64,000 nt of DNA from Eledone cirrhosa (taxonomy: Eukaryota), in the NCBI GenBank assembly GCA_964016885.1, contig OZ024750.1, forward strand, positions 40,176,001 to 40,240,000. Reading direction: 5' to 3'. Under the pieces are notes generated by a model. That model saw only the letters and a program-made list of their open reading frames with translations, did no database searches and was not told the origin of the DNA. Below are positions 14,421 to 29,214 of the stretch, piece after piece. Position 1 is the first letter of the stretch. Each line of letters starts with the position of its first letter. The translations under genes and the position numbers were made by a program.

Positions 14421-14680
14421 GAGGCACGTGACCTAGTCGCAAGTGTATTGAACTTACGATCATAATGTTGTGGGTTCGATTCCTGGGGTGGGTTGTACGA
14501 TGCGTTCTTGAGCAAAACACTTAATTTCACGTTGCTCCATTATACTCAGCTGAAAATGAGTACCTGTAATAGCTGGAAGCTTAACCCTGCGATGGACTGG
14601 CGTCCTGTCCAGGGGGATGTATTGTACTCTCAGCCGTTTCACGCCACTGAAAACGGGATAAGCATCGGGCTCGAGGCAGA
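14421..14680 (+). mobile_element. Full-length tRNA-derived SINE with CORE-like and V-domain-like segments
   Basis: A box (tgacctagtcg), B box ggttcgattcc, then ttcttgagcaaaacactt and aaccctgcgatggactggcgtcctgtccagggg. Related copies at 24230-24600 (-), 50400-50520, 59828-60030 and 60994-61200. Confidence 0.75.
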
Positions 14681-16199
14681 TTTTTATAGTCAATTGAATT
14701 CCTTCTCCCCAGTATTTAACCTTTCTTATAACAAACCTCCTAAAACTACTCCTGGTTTTACGACACCAAACAAGTTTATTTATGTAAGAACCTTTGTTCC
14801 ATGCATCAAAATAGAGATGAGAAAGTTAGCCATGTTACTAAATCCCTCCAGTTATTTGAAAATAATATGCAATGTGTTTAATTAAAATATGCTAACGAAA
14901 GGTTTTAGCCAGCACGATAGATTCTGCAAGGGTGACCATACAACAGGATGTGACGCCAAGGGGTAAAATAACTCATTGGCCATCAGTTCTTTGCCGACCT
15001 TTGCTCTAGATGTTCTGTCAATCCAGAGCTATCTATTTATATATATTTACCAATGTATCTATATTCGGACAAGAACAATACTAACAACAACAACAAAGGA
15101 ATCTTAGTGGTTGTCCAAAGGTAGATAAAAACAAAGGCAGGACAAAGTCATCATAATTTAGTGGTTACAACATTGGTTATATCTATCTATCTGTCAGTCA
15201 ACCCATAGCTATCTCTTTATCTATATTTACCAATATATCTACCTTCGGACAGGAACAATAAATTGAGTCCCAGTGGCAGTTAGAAGATAGACACAGAGAT
15301 AGAAGAACGTCATCTTAATTTAGTGACTATATGTTTGTGAACGGTTAAAGAATATATGGATGAAAATTAGTGTAATTAATTTTAGATACAAAATGAAATA
15401 CAACGATGGCCGATGTGACAAGAGGGTGAAGAGCAAGAAAAACTTGAGGATTCGAGCACCTTTATATAGAAGGCTATAATCAAGTAATTATTATTATTTT
15501 TTTTTTATTTTTTTTTTTTACTATAAATCCCGTTATTTTTGACGGGGACTATGTTAATTTATAATATTAGCAAACAAAGACGTTAGAAACAGGTCAACAG
15601 CCTGTACATAGTTTCAGATTAATGGATTCGAGGCTTACGGCAGAAGTAATTCCTCTACTGTACATATTTACGTTTTGAAGGACATTACAATGCCTGCAAC
15701 GAGATATGAACGAACTATTGACTTCTTTCGTGTTAATATAATCACATCAAGTTGGTATTCTGTCAATGCTAGCAATGTGAGTTAAATGTGTGATTTAAAT
15801 AAAGTCGGCTAAACAAGCATAGTCTTGTTTTTAAAAGCTACATAAATGACGAACAGATGTTAAAATTAGTGGGGAATGATTTGACCAAAATATAGCCAAT
15901 AGTTTGTTAGGGAGTTGGCAGCAATGAAAGAACATCTTTTACAAACAAATGGGAGTATTTACATGAACGGAAAAATACAGAACAGTAAAGCCCTTTATTA
16001 ACCTAGTATAGATTATAGTTGAGCAGTGACCCATGACAAAACACACTTGTAAGATATTGCTAAAGGGATACAGAGTTGTTGAAAAGCAAATACAATAGTA
16101 GAATAGTTTAGATGGGGTTCATGTGAAAGTCATAGGCTGGCTTTTTGACAACGACTTATGAGAGGTTCAGAACACGATTGATCTACCTAAGTTTTTATA

Positions 16200-16560
16200 G
16201 TTTAACAGGGGGTCGTCGGGAACAGAATTCTCAGAAGCAACCGTCTCCAATTGATCCGGCTGGACCCCCAAGCTGATGGATATTATCCAACCACCTTGCT
16301 CGAGATCTACCCGTGGGTCGCCTACCTATTGGCTTTGCTCGTAAAATATGACCAGCGATTCTTTCCTGGGACAATCTAACCACATGCCCATAGTATCGGA
16401 GCTGTGATCTTTCAATTCAGAGAAGTACTGGAGTGACTCTCATTACTCCAAAGACCCTTCGTAGGAATCCCATTTCGGCCGCTTGTATTCTTTTGGTCAT
16501 TACCCATAGGTAAGGCTTGGCACGAAAACCAAATTAAAGACAGCGAGTTTGGCTTACACG
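16200..16560 (-). mobile_element. RTE-clade LINE 3' fragment
   Basis: Minus strand encodes ...GRRPTGRSRARWLDNIHQLG. Homologous to 50790-50905. Confidence 0.65.
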
Positions 16561-16783
16561 CCTACCTCTCTTCTGATTACATGTGAAGTTGTATATATTT
16601 ACAGGGAGAAGGGCGGGAGTCAGAAAAAAATAAATGAGATTTTAAAAGAAGAGAGGGCACAAAAGTGAGGATGAGGTAAAATATACTCTTGATTGGACGA
16701 TATATCTCCGCTAGGTCCTGCGGACAAGATGACGAAAGTGTTGCTGCATCAGCCACCCCACGGGTTTCTTTCCTTAGTACTAA

Positions 16784-16970
16784 TACCTTCCTACCGAAGG
16801 ATGAGGGCAGTCCAGGGACCAAAGGCGTCGGAGATAACGAAGTTCTGATACCTTCCTACCGAAGGATGAGGGCAGTCTAAGGACAAAGGACGTCGGAGGT
16901 AACGAAGTTCTGATACCTTCCTACCGAAGGACGAGGGCTTCCAGGGACCAAAGGACGTCGGAGGTAACGA
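16784..16970. repeat. ~65 bp GC-rich tandem repeat x3
   Basis: taccttcctaccgaagga(t/c)gagggc...aaaggacgtcggaggtaacgaagttctga. Confidence 0.9.
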
Positions 16971-17641
16971 TGATGGGAAAAAAAGGGCGAGGAGGAGACA
17001 GTCAACCAATATGGTTGTATTGAGAAATGTGAATGTAGTTAACGGAAATGAGACAGGAAAATGTCAGAGAAAAGTGATTTGTTTGAATAGAAGTAGCCCG
17101 CCAACACTGGAATTTGCTCATCAAATATTAGATGTGTTCATAACCAGTCTGTGTACTGTTTATTTGAAGGGCTATATATTTATTTAAAATCCTTTCAGTT
17201 CAATTGTATGTAAGAACAGTTTTAAGTTATGTTCCAAGCATCAACTTAAAAGTTAATTTATATTACTAAGTCTCTCCAAATTCTTGATTTTTTTCAAAAT
17301 TATTTGAAAATTGTAGTCTTACGCTAGAAATATGGTAACGAATGGGGTAAAATTATAGTGTCTTACACTAGAACTATGGTAACGAATGGGTTAAATAAAG
17401 TAATTATTGGATCTAGTGGGCTGTCTTCTTCCATAACTGATGTCAGGAACATCACATCATCCCTTTCTCCCCAAAAGACACAGATAGCTGGGCACATTCG
17501 AAGTAGTTAACAAAGATCCATTTGTGACATCAAAATTACAGCTCAAGTATAAGAAAAAGTAGGTTCAACACTGCAAAGTCCTCTACAGAAGTGAAATATG
17601 AGGGCATTCATCAGAAGAGCAAGATTGAGTATTGTCTGGAA

Positions 17642-17886
17642 CAGCAGTCGCCAACCAGAGGTCCAAGAGGAAATTTTGGACATTATTTACTTTTAAAATT
17701 TTGTTATAATTAAATAAGCATTTATAATTTTGTAATATTTAATAGGTGCATTTTAAATTAATAAAATGAAAAGTTTTCATTATTTTACAAATGTATTTAT
17801 CTTTCTTAAAATTCATTCTAGTGGTCTGCGGGATTTAAAATAATGAATTTAGTGGTCCTTGAGGTCAGAAAGTTTGGCGTCCGCTG
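17642..17886. mobile_element. hAT-type MITE (old)
   Basis: Imperfect TIRs cagcagtcgccaacc / gtttggcgtccgctg. The flanking 8-mers match only partly. Confidence 0.55.
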
Positions 17887-18522
17887 CTCTGAAGCACAAA
17901 CCCAGGTAAACAAACAGTACCGATAACATAACACGGTGAGTAAAAAAGACACGGGACGATGGTAAAAGTTTTAGTCTCAGGTCAGTTCTGATCGACAAAG
18001 TTGGATCTTCGTCAACTACGACGATGTGTGCATTGTTTGATCAACGAACATTTCTGCTTCGTGAAATTGAAGTGCAAGTACATTCCACAGTCACGTGTGT
18101 TTTTAAGGTCATTCTCAGGGAGATTCAGCGTGACAAGACTAGTCTCTTGAGTGACAGGTACATCTCGTTTGGCAGCAACGTAACGTGAAATAAGTGTCTT
18201 ACTCGAGGACGTGTCACCGGGAATCAAACTCACGACTCTTAAGATCGTAAGCCAAACACGCCAAGCATTTTGAGAACCTCTGAAATCGAGGATATTTTGG
18301 TGATTTGCTGGTAGGAAATATACTGGATACCTTTAAGGTTTTACAGAAGAGGCAGAAAACATTGGAGACATCTCGGATGTAGAATGAATTTTAAGAATTT
18401 ACTTGCATATAAAATATAGCAGTTCTTGGCATCCAATTGACTTTCTAATTAGCAGGGGTGAGAAGACATTTCTGTTACTGACATGGCGCCTTGTATCATA
18501 GGGATGCCATAGTGATGTAGAG

Positions 18523-19127
18523 CTGGCATGTCAAACATGCGACCCTTTACAAGCACACCTGTGACCGGCACAAAAGTTTTTTTTACAGCACCAGCATGTT
18601 TTATATTTGTAATATAAAATTAAAAAATATAAGTATGTACACGTACATACATATATGTATACAGACGTACAGTAGTATGTATATATACATACATGCACAC
18701 ATCTATATATATATGTACGTATGGATTCACCGAACATTTATTATAATGCTCGGTGTGTTTGTAAACAAACATCCCGTATTAAGCCGTAGTGTCCAGCAAC
18801 CATCGTTGCTCGTTTGTTCAACACTGACAAAAGAACGCTGTACTAGTTTCAAGCTTATTAGCTATCATCAGCAACGTATACCTTCCTGCCAGATTGTTGA
18901 ACGTATATACTTACCTTATGCATATTAATGGCTGAGTAGCCCAATTTGCATATCGAGTGGGTTAATCGGCCAGGTGCAACGAAAACGATAAACGGAAAAA
19001 AATGAAACGAAATTTCATTTCCCAGTCTTAGTACGGCTGTTACTTAAATATAAGTATGTACACGTACATACATATATGTTGTTATGTACTCAATTAGTCG
19101 TCCGTGACCCTCAGTTTGACATGCCTG
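18523..19127. mobile_element. Non-autonomous hAT element
   Basis: TIRs ctggcatgtcaaac / gtttgacatgcctg with an 8 bp TSD atgtagag/atgtagaa. Confidence 0.8.
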
Positions 19128-19519
19128 ATGTAGAAGAGTGTATGAGACATTCAAACCTGGTGAAGACTATCCATCTCTAGGCCTGGATAGTCGAGTTCAG
19201 CCAGAAAGAGGGGGGAGAGAGGCGGTAGCGAGACAGCATGGCTAATAGAGTGGGGATGAAATTGATCCCAGTAATGGACTAGTACTTTATCAATCTCAAT
19301 CAAGATTTATGGTCAACTCAACCTCGATGAAATTTTGAATTCAGAGGCAAAAAGCCAGAACAAAATTCTATCAGACTGCCAAATCTCCACAACATAATTT
19401 CACCAGCTACGAGACCGTGATTTTAAGTAATTGGGGTACCATTGCCACTGGTTTCTATTCTCAGTCATGCACACACAAAAAAAGGGGGGGTGAGGTTCGG
19501 TGCTGTGACCACAGTCAAG

Positions 19520-19712
19520 GGTGAAACTAATCATTGATGTGCCACTCTGCCACTCTAGACACTTTCATAGCCAGCCATTGCCACGGGTCTCAATGATGTG
19601 ACCAGTCCAAGATTTTCTTTGCCTCGCCTTCAACTGAGCCCTGAAGGGTTATTTTAGACAAGTTGTTGTCTGGATACACACGACCATAGCAGTCAAGCTT
19701 CCAGGGTTTTCT
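19520..19712 (-). mobile_element. RTE LINE 3' fragment (second family)
   Basis: Minus strand resembles KL..YG.V...NNLSKITLQGSVEG..RQRKSWT, the typical RTE C-terminal region. Confidence 0.6.
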
Positions 19713-19734
19713 TTCACTATCAGCAATAATCAAC

Positions 19735-19863
19735 AAAAATGCAAGAATGAAAATTTTATTAAATTTTTTATTAATACAAAATTACAGTTTACTTTACAAA
19801 ATTGGTCCCTCATCCAGCCAGAATCATTACAGAAATGGTAGCAATATTTCACCATTCACAGCT

Positions 19864-19902
<39 letters not shown>

Positions 19903-21952
19903 AATGAACATAAGGAACAATTCTTTACAAAAATAAAGATATTTGGACGGGCAATAATGTACAAGTGAAGATGTCTTATAGAGAAGTTTAATGAAACAGA
20001 TATGCATACAATATCTTGTACATTATTAAGACAATATTCCACAGATTTTGATAATCGTTCCAAGTTTAAACATTAAAAAAGTTTCTTTTAAAAAAAATGA
20101 AGACTTATATATGTAAATATATATTTATATATATAAATATATAATCATTTAACCAAATGTTAAATGTTTTTTGTTTTGTTTTTTTTATTATTAATGGTTC
20201 CGTTTATTTCCAGCTAAGAATGGAATGTGGGGTGTGAAATATCATGTGGAAATATGTGACTTGTAACAAACACAAACAGCAGTAAACTGGCTTCGTGCGG
20301 AAGACACTGGATGTCAGCAAGCCAGCTTGGAACACATAAGGGATAGGGCCGGCAATTCTCTTTCGATTTGCCAAGATAGATGAATGATTGTATTGTCACA
20401 AATAACTGTACTAGTGTAGTCTTTATTAGATGCACATTATCCCAAAATGGAATGTGTCAAACAGTGCAGGACTGGGGGGAGGGGGTCCCAACTAATCCAA
20501 TTTTAAAAGAGCTTATATGTAAGCTAGATAACTTCACAAGAATTTTGCAGAATAGCAAAAACAAGAATCTACCAATTGAAAAACTAGCAGACAAAATCCA
20601 CAATGTAATACAAGTAGTCTCCAAAGAGACCCTTCATAAAACATACATTAGATCTCAATATCATCAATGTTTATATCTGATGAATGACAACTACACAAAT
20701 TGCTTCAGTGCTCAGCAAGGTCCAAGCTCTACATTTACAACAGCACTGTATATTTATATGTTTATATTTATATCAATTGAAACACAATAATCGATGAATA
20801 TAAAGAAATTCCAGATACGTTAAGTTATGTGAAAATTATACTTCTTACACACACCAACATATTACAGGGGGAAGATAAAGTGACGTGTAATTCTTTGGTC
20901 TGTTGATCTCAAATGAAATACGTTAGATGAAAATGGTGATAAGTCACTGAAAGTTTGAGCCAGATACCAGCCAAAAACGGGATCAAAAAGGAGTTACTAA
21001 TTCTTTAAACAAAAAAAAAAAAATGAATATCAAAACCTTTAAGAATATAAAAAAAATTAATATACTTATGGAAAATAATGAATTGATGACTAAATCCCAC
21101 AAACAAACCCAATATATATGCTTTGTTTTTTTTAAAATGGGTTCTTGATTTATTTACTTAAAAAAAAATATGTAATTGAAAATAAATTTGCCTTAAAAAT
21201 TAAAAAAAAATATAAATGACCAGTGGAGAGAAAGGCTTGATGAAGGTTTTATCACAACAGTTTTATGTTATTTATAAATTGGGCTTTGGCTAGATGCTGA
21301 AATAGAATATACACAATATTTTTTGATAGCATTGACTACATTCTACAAATACAAATGGGTATTATATTGATAAATGCCTTAGAATATGTAATGTTCAGAA
21401 TATATAAAAGACTTATTCAAAAATACATAAATTGAAAGGGGAAAATGAATAGGGAAAGGAAAAGGGGAAAAAAAAAAAAAAAAAAAGAAAGACACTGAAA
21501 GTGAAACCATGCAAAATAAAAAGTTCCATTGTTTTTATTTTTTTGTTTTATTAATTTATCTTTTTCTTTCTTAATGAAATTGAAAAATACCAGCAGTGAT
21601 AGATTATTATGAAACAAGATTGGAAGATTGTAATTCTGGTAAGCTGAGTATATATATATATATATATATATAATGGCATCTACAGAAATTATCTCAATTC
21701 TTTGAATATGAAAGAACAGCCTTTTGATATAAAACTATGGAACAAACTCTTGAATCAAATCAATGTTGGTTCAGATTAAAAATTTAAATATATTTTTGGA
21801 GTGCCGGCAAAACTTCTGCAGATTGGATTGGAATAGAGAACTTTTACAACTCTTATTATAAATATCAGATATCTTAGGGGTGGGAGAAGAGGTTTCTTGA
21901 CTGGAGTTACATTGAAAATTTAAACTGAGTGCTTTATTTGAAGAAAGCATTC
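19735..21952 (-). other. Probable innexin 3' UTR with poly(A) signals
   Basis: SINE-free AU-rich stretch after the stop. Two minus-strand AATAAA (19755-19760, 19767-19772) are followed by U/GU-rich sequence. Confidence 0.55.
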
Positions 21953-23117
21953 TTAACTAGTTGGTTTGTCTCTGAAAATCTTCCATAACTGTTTCACCAG
22001 ATCTGTCAAGACGAGGTCAGTTGAATTTTTACCTATAACTCTCAAGACAAAAACCCCGTCATTACGTAAGTAGCTATCTGCAAAGCTTCTATAGTGCTTC
22101 TTATCATTCGTCGATACTGAGATGGCTGAAAGCTTCAAGTATTTTTTAACATATGATGCATTGTTACGTCGATAAACCATGTAGTAGAGCCAGCTGATCA
22201 TATTTGCTGAAGCTATAATAGCTACAAAGACAAACCAAAACCAAAGGAAAATAAAAATCTTTTCATTGAAGAGGTTAATAGGCAAGACACATTGGACAGT
22301 AAAGCGCTGGAGATTGGTCATTTGACGAATACTGAAATCACACAGAGTGACACGGGGGAAAAGGGGTGATTCTTTAAAAGAGCCGTGGTCGTTGAAGTGT
22401 TGCATTATTTGGAAACCATAAATGCCAAAATCAGTTGATAGGAAACTGTTCAACATAAAGAACTGTCCAATGATATTTACAAGGTACAAGAGTTTTATGG
22501 TGAGATAAAGACCTGATAAATAAGTCCCTTCACGTTTACCGCAGAAGCAGCAGCAAATTCTGGCAAACTTTTGGCGAGTTTTCACAACAAAATTACAATG
22601 GTAAATACGGTTAGAATCGAGCCAGCGATCCATGAAATATGCTATGTGCTCAATTGTCTTTTGGCGGTCATCAGGTGAACCATACTGTGTCTTCTCTGCT
22701 AATTCACAAAGCTTGTCTAAGTTAACCCCTGACGTACCATGAAGAATTCTCCAGAGCAAATTTGGGGCTTTGAATAAAAGAGCTTGAAACAGGAGAATCA
22801 GAGGCACCCATTGATAATATGTCAATTGTCTATCTTCTCTTTCAACAATATTAACAGGAATTGTGTCCGCCATTGGAATATAGTACGTATTTGAAACCCA
22901 GCATATCCATTTGGTGTAAGCTACATATGCTCCTGTGAATTGAGCTGGACACCAGCAATGTATTGGGTCGCCAACCAACTGGCCAGTAGTAACTACTATT
23001 GCAAAAAGAACAAGGATGACCGATGAGTATATATGGCTCATGCGATCAACCCAATCATCATTGGCAGCTGAAGTTAGTCGAGAGAAGGTGGAGAAAGATC
23101 CAAATACGCCCCACACC
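21953..23117 (-). CDS. inx: Innexin (invertebrate gap-junction/hemichannel protein), main coding exon
   Basis: DDWVDR, GDPIHCWCP, CWVSNTY, YYQWVP, FPRVTLCDF, VQCVLPINLFNEKIFIFLWFW, YLRNDGVFVLR; four hydrophobic TM segments. Acceptor ttcttttttctttttcgttacag|G at 23118/23117 (phase 2). Confidence 0.97.
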
Positions 23118-23226
23118 CTGTAACGAAAAAGAAAAAAGAACTCAAAATTAATATTTCTGGAATTGATTATAATTAAACAAGCTCTAAATTTTCAAAATTT
23201 TAACAAACGTACATTCATTAAATTAA

Positions 23227-23436
23227 CCCTTTAGCATTTAAACCAGCTGTATCCAGCCAGAATTCTCTCACCCCTTTCTGCTTAAATAGGCTTCTCATAC
23301 TGATGTTAAGGTATTGTTCTCAAAATAAATAATATCAAAATCTCAGATTCAACATTATGTGAGATAGTTAAGTAAGGTAAAAGCTTTACCATAAAAATTC
23401 AATATTATATATAGAGTATTGTAAATGCTAAAGAGT
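23227..23436. mobile_element. piggyBac-type MITE (TTAA TSD)
   Basis: ttaa|ccctttagcattta ... taaatgctaaaagag|ttaa. Relatives at 30324-30501, 31990-32190 (-) and 49124-49408. Confidence 0.8.
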
Positions 23437-25079
23437 TAAAAATTCACAACAAACATCCATGTAGACTCATCCATATGGTTATTTGGTCTTCATGAACATA
23501 AAGCAAGGAAATTCAGTAGAACACTTTCCCAAGTAACAAAAAATATTTATGTAAAATGATATATCATAGAACACTTAGCCAATTTTACCTATTTGATTGT
23601 GAATAAGACTTAATTTAAATGAATTGATAAGAAAAACAAATTTGAATTTCAAAATACTATATATACTCAAATATAAGCTGAGGAATATGGGAAATATAGC
23701 AATATGTCCCCACCCCAAAAAAGAGAGAGTCGTGGCTTATATTCAAGGTCAATATTTTGTCTAAGGGGTTGCCTTATATTCAAGTATATACAGTAAGTTG
23801 TTAATATATAAGGATACTCACCAACATTCACGAGATGAAATAGTACATTAAAATTCAAAACATCTTAAAGATAGTTTTACAATTAGATTTCTTTAATCCA
23901 CAGTAAAAAAAAGAAAAAAACGAACCTCCTTTGCACTGATTGCACTTATTAAAAACCTTATTAAAACACACAAAAATCTATAAGATGCAGCTTCATTGGG
24001 ATCAGGCTTAGCCTGCAAATTTAATTTGATTTCAATGTGGTTAGAAATGGATATTATTTGACAAAGAATCTAGGAAAATGTTGATACTGATGTGTCCCCA
24101 AAACGTTCTTCATCTAAAATGTTTGGTGGTTCACTATAAGGTATAATCCACTCTACCTTTTGGCAACAAAGAGGACCACTGTAAACTCATCAATAGATCA
24201 ATCATCAATCTACGAGATATCACAGAGTTGGGTGGAATTCATCAAATCAGACCAAGGAAACAATGTTGCCATTGGTCTTTCCATTACTAATACTATCCAC
24301 CAGTTGCAACACCTGGCAGAAAGCAACATGAAATAAAGTGTCTTGCTCAAGGACAGAACGCATCGCCTGGTCCTGGAATCAAATTCACAACCTCATGATT
24401 GTGAAGCCAATTCTCTATCTACTGGTCTTTCTATTACTAATACTATCCACCAGTTGCAATGCCTGGCAGAAAGAGCAACATGAAATAAAGTGTCTTGCTC
24501 AAGGACAGAGAGAACACATTGCCTGGTTCAGGAATCAAATTCACAACCTCATGATTGTGAAGCCAATTCTGTGATCACTAAACCACACAGCTTCACATAA
24601 ACTGATGCCACCTGGAAGGGACTCACCACCTCACAATTGTGAAGCCAATTCTCTGATCACTCAGCTTCACAAACTCAGACTGTTTGGAAATTGAGCGTAT
24701 ACATAAAGAACTGAAACCAAAACTGCCAAGAGTGTTTAACAAAAATGGACCAGTCACAATGTTCAACAAAACACTTCTCAAACACTTGAACCAAGAGCCA
24801 GGTTATGAAATCATTGCCTCCCCAACCCTTAACCAGCTGACATATCAATAGATTAACAACTTTTTAAACATTTAAAAGTTTATACATAAAACATTTGCAA
24901 ATCAAACCATGATTGAGACAGGAAAAAAAAAACTTTTTTTTTAAAGTAAAATAATTTTAGCACGCAAACGTAATTTTGATAAAATAAATTTCATTTCATT
25001 TTGTTTACTTTTTCTTTAAAGATAAAAAGAAAACATTTCATGCAGTACACCCTAAAATCTATAATGTCACTCTTACAAT

Positions 25080-25267
25080 GTGTGTGTGTTTATATATACA
25101 AATATATATATATACATACATACACATATACGTGTATATATATATATATATATATATACACATACTTACATACGTGTATATATATATATATATATACATA
25201 CGTGTATATATATATATACATACATACATACATACATACGTGTGTATATATATATATATACATACAT

Positions 25268-25298
<31 letters not shown>

Positions 25299-25391
25299 TA
25301 CATACATACATACGTGTATATATATATATATATATATATATACATACATACATACGTGTGTATATGTGTATATATATATACATACATACAT

Positions 25392-25428
<37 letters not shown>

Positions 25429-25431
25429 CAT

Positions 25432-25462
<31 letters not shown>

Positions 25463-25471
25463 TACATACAT

Positions 25472-25502
<31 letters not shown>

Positions 25503-25515
25503 TACATACATACAT

Positions 25516-25546
<31 letters not shown>

Positions 25547-25561
25547 TATACATACATACAT

Positions 25562-25592
<31 letters not shown>

Positions 25593-25601
25593 TACATACA
25601 T

Positions 25602-25632
<31 letters not shown>

Positions 25633-25831
25633 TACATACATACATACGTGTGTATATATATATATATATACATACATACATACGTGTGTATATATATATA
25701 TATATACATACATACATACGTGTGTGTATATATATATATATATACATACATACATACGTGTGTATATATATATATATATACATACATACATACATACGTG
25801 TGTATATATATATATATATACATACATACAT

Positions 25832-25862
<31 letters not shown>

Positions 25863-25877
25863 TATACATACATACAT

Positions 25878-25920
<43 letters not shown>

Positions 25921-25927
25921 CATACAT

Positions 25928-25964
<37 letters not shown>

Positions 25965-25975
25965 CATACATACAT

Positions 25976-26006
<31 letters not shown>

Positions 26007-26155
26007 TACATACATACATACATACGTGTGTATATATATATATATATACATACATACGTGTGTATATATATATATACATACATACATACATACGTGTGTA
26101 TATATATATATACATACATACATACGTGTGTATATATATATATACATACATACAT

Positions 26156-26187
<32 letters not shown>

Positions 26188-26197
26188 ATACATACAT

Positions 26198-26228
<31 letters not shown>

Positions 26229-26237
26229 TACATACAT

Positions 26238-26269
<32 letters not shown>

Positions 26270-26367
26270 ATACATACATACATGTGTATATATATATATA
26301 TATATATACATACATACACACACACACACATACGTGTGTATATATATATATACATACACACACACAC

Positions 26368-26424
<57 letters not shown>

Positions 26425-26498
26425 CATACATACACACATACATGTGTATATACATACATACATACACACGTGTGTGTGTGTGTGTGTGCATGCGTGTG

Positions 26499-26541
<43 letters not shown>
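25080..26541. repeat. Compound microsatellite (TA)n(CATA)nCGTGTG, ~1.45 kb
   Basis: Direct inspection. Confidence 0.97.
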
Positions 26542-26546
<5 letters not shown>

Positions 26547-28825
26547 CTTAAATGTCATAACTATATGTCAGTCAATTTATCTATTTACTTCATCACACCA
26601 CTTCTGAAAGAAACATTGTACAACTGAGAAAAATTTCGAAGAAACATTGTAAAATTGAGAAAAATTTCAATGTTGAACACCGCCACATTTTTACTCTGGC
26701 AGAACTTATTATCATTAGTTTTTTTTTTAGTTTTTTATTCTTGTTTTTAGAAACAACTGGCTGAGATCCCAAAAGCTGCTGATTTAAATGTGTCCAATTG
26801 CATTTAATGGCAAAGTGTCAGCCATTGCTGAATGTAAAAAGTCATTGACAAGTTGACAGCCAACTAACAGCAAACTGTAACCTTTCCCAAAAGGTGGCCT
26901 AGTCTATTATTCATTCACACACAAACAACTTTTCACTCAAAGCCAATTTCCTTTTCTTCTTTCTTCTTACCTATCTTAACTATCAGTCTACAGTCTGACT
27001 TAAACCAACTGCCTCACTTGTCTTTCAAATTATTCACTTTTAAAATAAATTTACAGAAGTGAATTGAAACTAAATGAAAACAAAATATGAAAAACAGTTC
27101 CATATTTACTGAAGAGAATATCAGTTTAATTATTTAAACAACAAAATATTTTTAAAATCATAATTTGTGCCAATTCATTATAGTAATAATATAATCCTTG
27201 AAAAAAATGTGGTTCCAGTAGTTCCAAAGCTATGGTCTGCAGACCCCAGGGAGTCACGCAGAACAGACAACACTTGAGAGTCAACATGTTGAGCAGACAA
27301 TCATTCAAATGCCAAAACCAATTGAAAATTTGATCAAATAAATGAGATTTTTTATTTGGAAATGAAAAGGCTAGGAACCTTTCATGAAGTCGGAACATAT
27401 ATTTATGAGTTGTGAACTTAGGGTATTTTTTTTTTTTTTTTAAGAGTATATAATGGATTATTTCTATATTTTTCTATAAGCTAGTATTAAGAAATATTGA
27501 ATTATAAAAGCTGATTGATACCTGAAAATATAGTAATACATGTTTTGTTTTTCACCTGTGCAATGTTTCATTAGATCAAACAAATTTTATTTAAATTCTC
27601 TACAGCTACCAATTTATAACAGTTAGTGTTCCTTTTGAGAAGATATTAAAAGGAAGGCCACTTATAGCAATGCAAATAATTTCCTGTTATACTATAAGAT
27701 TATTTTTCATATTGTTTGATTCTAATCTCTAAAATTACTTCATCTGTCTGATATTATACACAGTAATACCCTACCTTACCCTAAAAATTCTAAGAAAACC
27801 ATACTTTCTTTCCTTACTTATTATATATATAAACTTTTCACGGCAGCTATTTTTCTCATTTTAATGGCAACATAAACTATTGTAAGAAAGCTACACACAG
27901 GAATTAATTTATTAGAAGTGGTCATACTTGGTGCTGTAATCTGCAATCTTAAATCAAGCAGGAAGTATAATAGGTTAGTATCATTGTAACTTAAAGATGG
28001 AGATCTATCATCAACAACAATTATCTGAACTGGCAAACACTGCCCCGTTCCCATGCAAATTAATTCTTGTTTTGTTAGAGGATGCAGTTGAATAGTTAAG
28101 GAGTTTGCTTCACAATTATTAGGTCCCAGGTTCGATTCCACTGCATGGAATTTTGGGTGTCATTTAACATAGCCTAGGGTCGGCCTACACTTTGGCGTTT
28201 GGTATAATAAAACCAGGGCAGTTTCAGGCAGTTTTGTATCAAACAGGTTAATTACAATTGAATTACCCTTACACCTACCCACAGGTTTTTTTTCTGAGAG
28301 AACAAAGTCTGTTGGACTGTGCTTATCTCTCTGAGAACCAACCACATTTAGGGTTACATATGTCTGAACTACTCAGTTCAGTCATATGTTGCAAGTCATT
28401 CCATTTCTCAAACAACTGGAACACTCGTTGAAACTAAGAGAGGGTTGTTACATCTGTACAGCACTTACTACAGGAAAGCTAAGATTTATTGCTTGAAAAG
28501 AGAAAATCTTTCAGAATCCAAAATTTCCCATTTGTCTTGTATGGAATGTCTACTGTAGTTATTTAGTCTGATTGCTAAAATATATGTCATATTACGTGGC
28601 AAGTGACCAATGTCTGGTAGAAACACAAACCACCACCATCATCAATATCTAACACCCTGTGATGATAAAGATGGCTTAATGACAGTTGAATAAGACTAAA
28701 TTGAAATGAAAATATATATATATTATTAGCACAGATTAAAAGTTTCAGCAAAAACAATTTCTGCTTTCACCTCATCTGATCCCACTTAGGGTGAAAGCAG
28801 ATATTTTCTCTGGGTTTTATATATA

Positions 28826-28869
<44 letters not shown>

Positions 28870-29090
28870 CACCATTTAAGTCTTTTTTTCCACACTAGCA
28901 TGTGTGTGTGAGTGTGTATGTACATAAGGAGACCCAAGTCCGACCTCAAAATCAGTAATGGAACAAATGTTTACTTTGAAGCTGTGTTCTGCACCTATTC
29001 TTCCTACATCATAAGAGATAAATGGTAAACCATTTCACGAATTTAATAAAGCAGCAAGTTGCTTTTAAATCTAGTTAGCCTAAGTTGTCA

Positions 29091-29214
29091 GTTATTACCT
29101 CAGAACTGAGGTTATAGAAGGACCTAAATTGTGTTAGTTATTACCTCAGGACTGAGGTAATAGAAGGACCTAAATTGCGTTAGTTATTACCTCAGGACTG
29201 AGGTTATAGAAGGA
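29091..29214. repeat. 46 bp tandem repeat x~2.7 with an internal hairpin
   Basis: tattacctcag-ga-ctgaggtaata within the unit. Confidence 0.85.

Noticed and set aside
20380-20790. 136 aa plus-strand ORF
   Set aside because: No recognisable motif and antisense to the probable innexin 3' UTR.
25162-25175. Perfect AT|GTAAGT donor as innexin exon 1
   Set aside because: Embedded in a microsatellite and most likely a chance variant.
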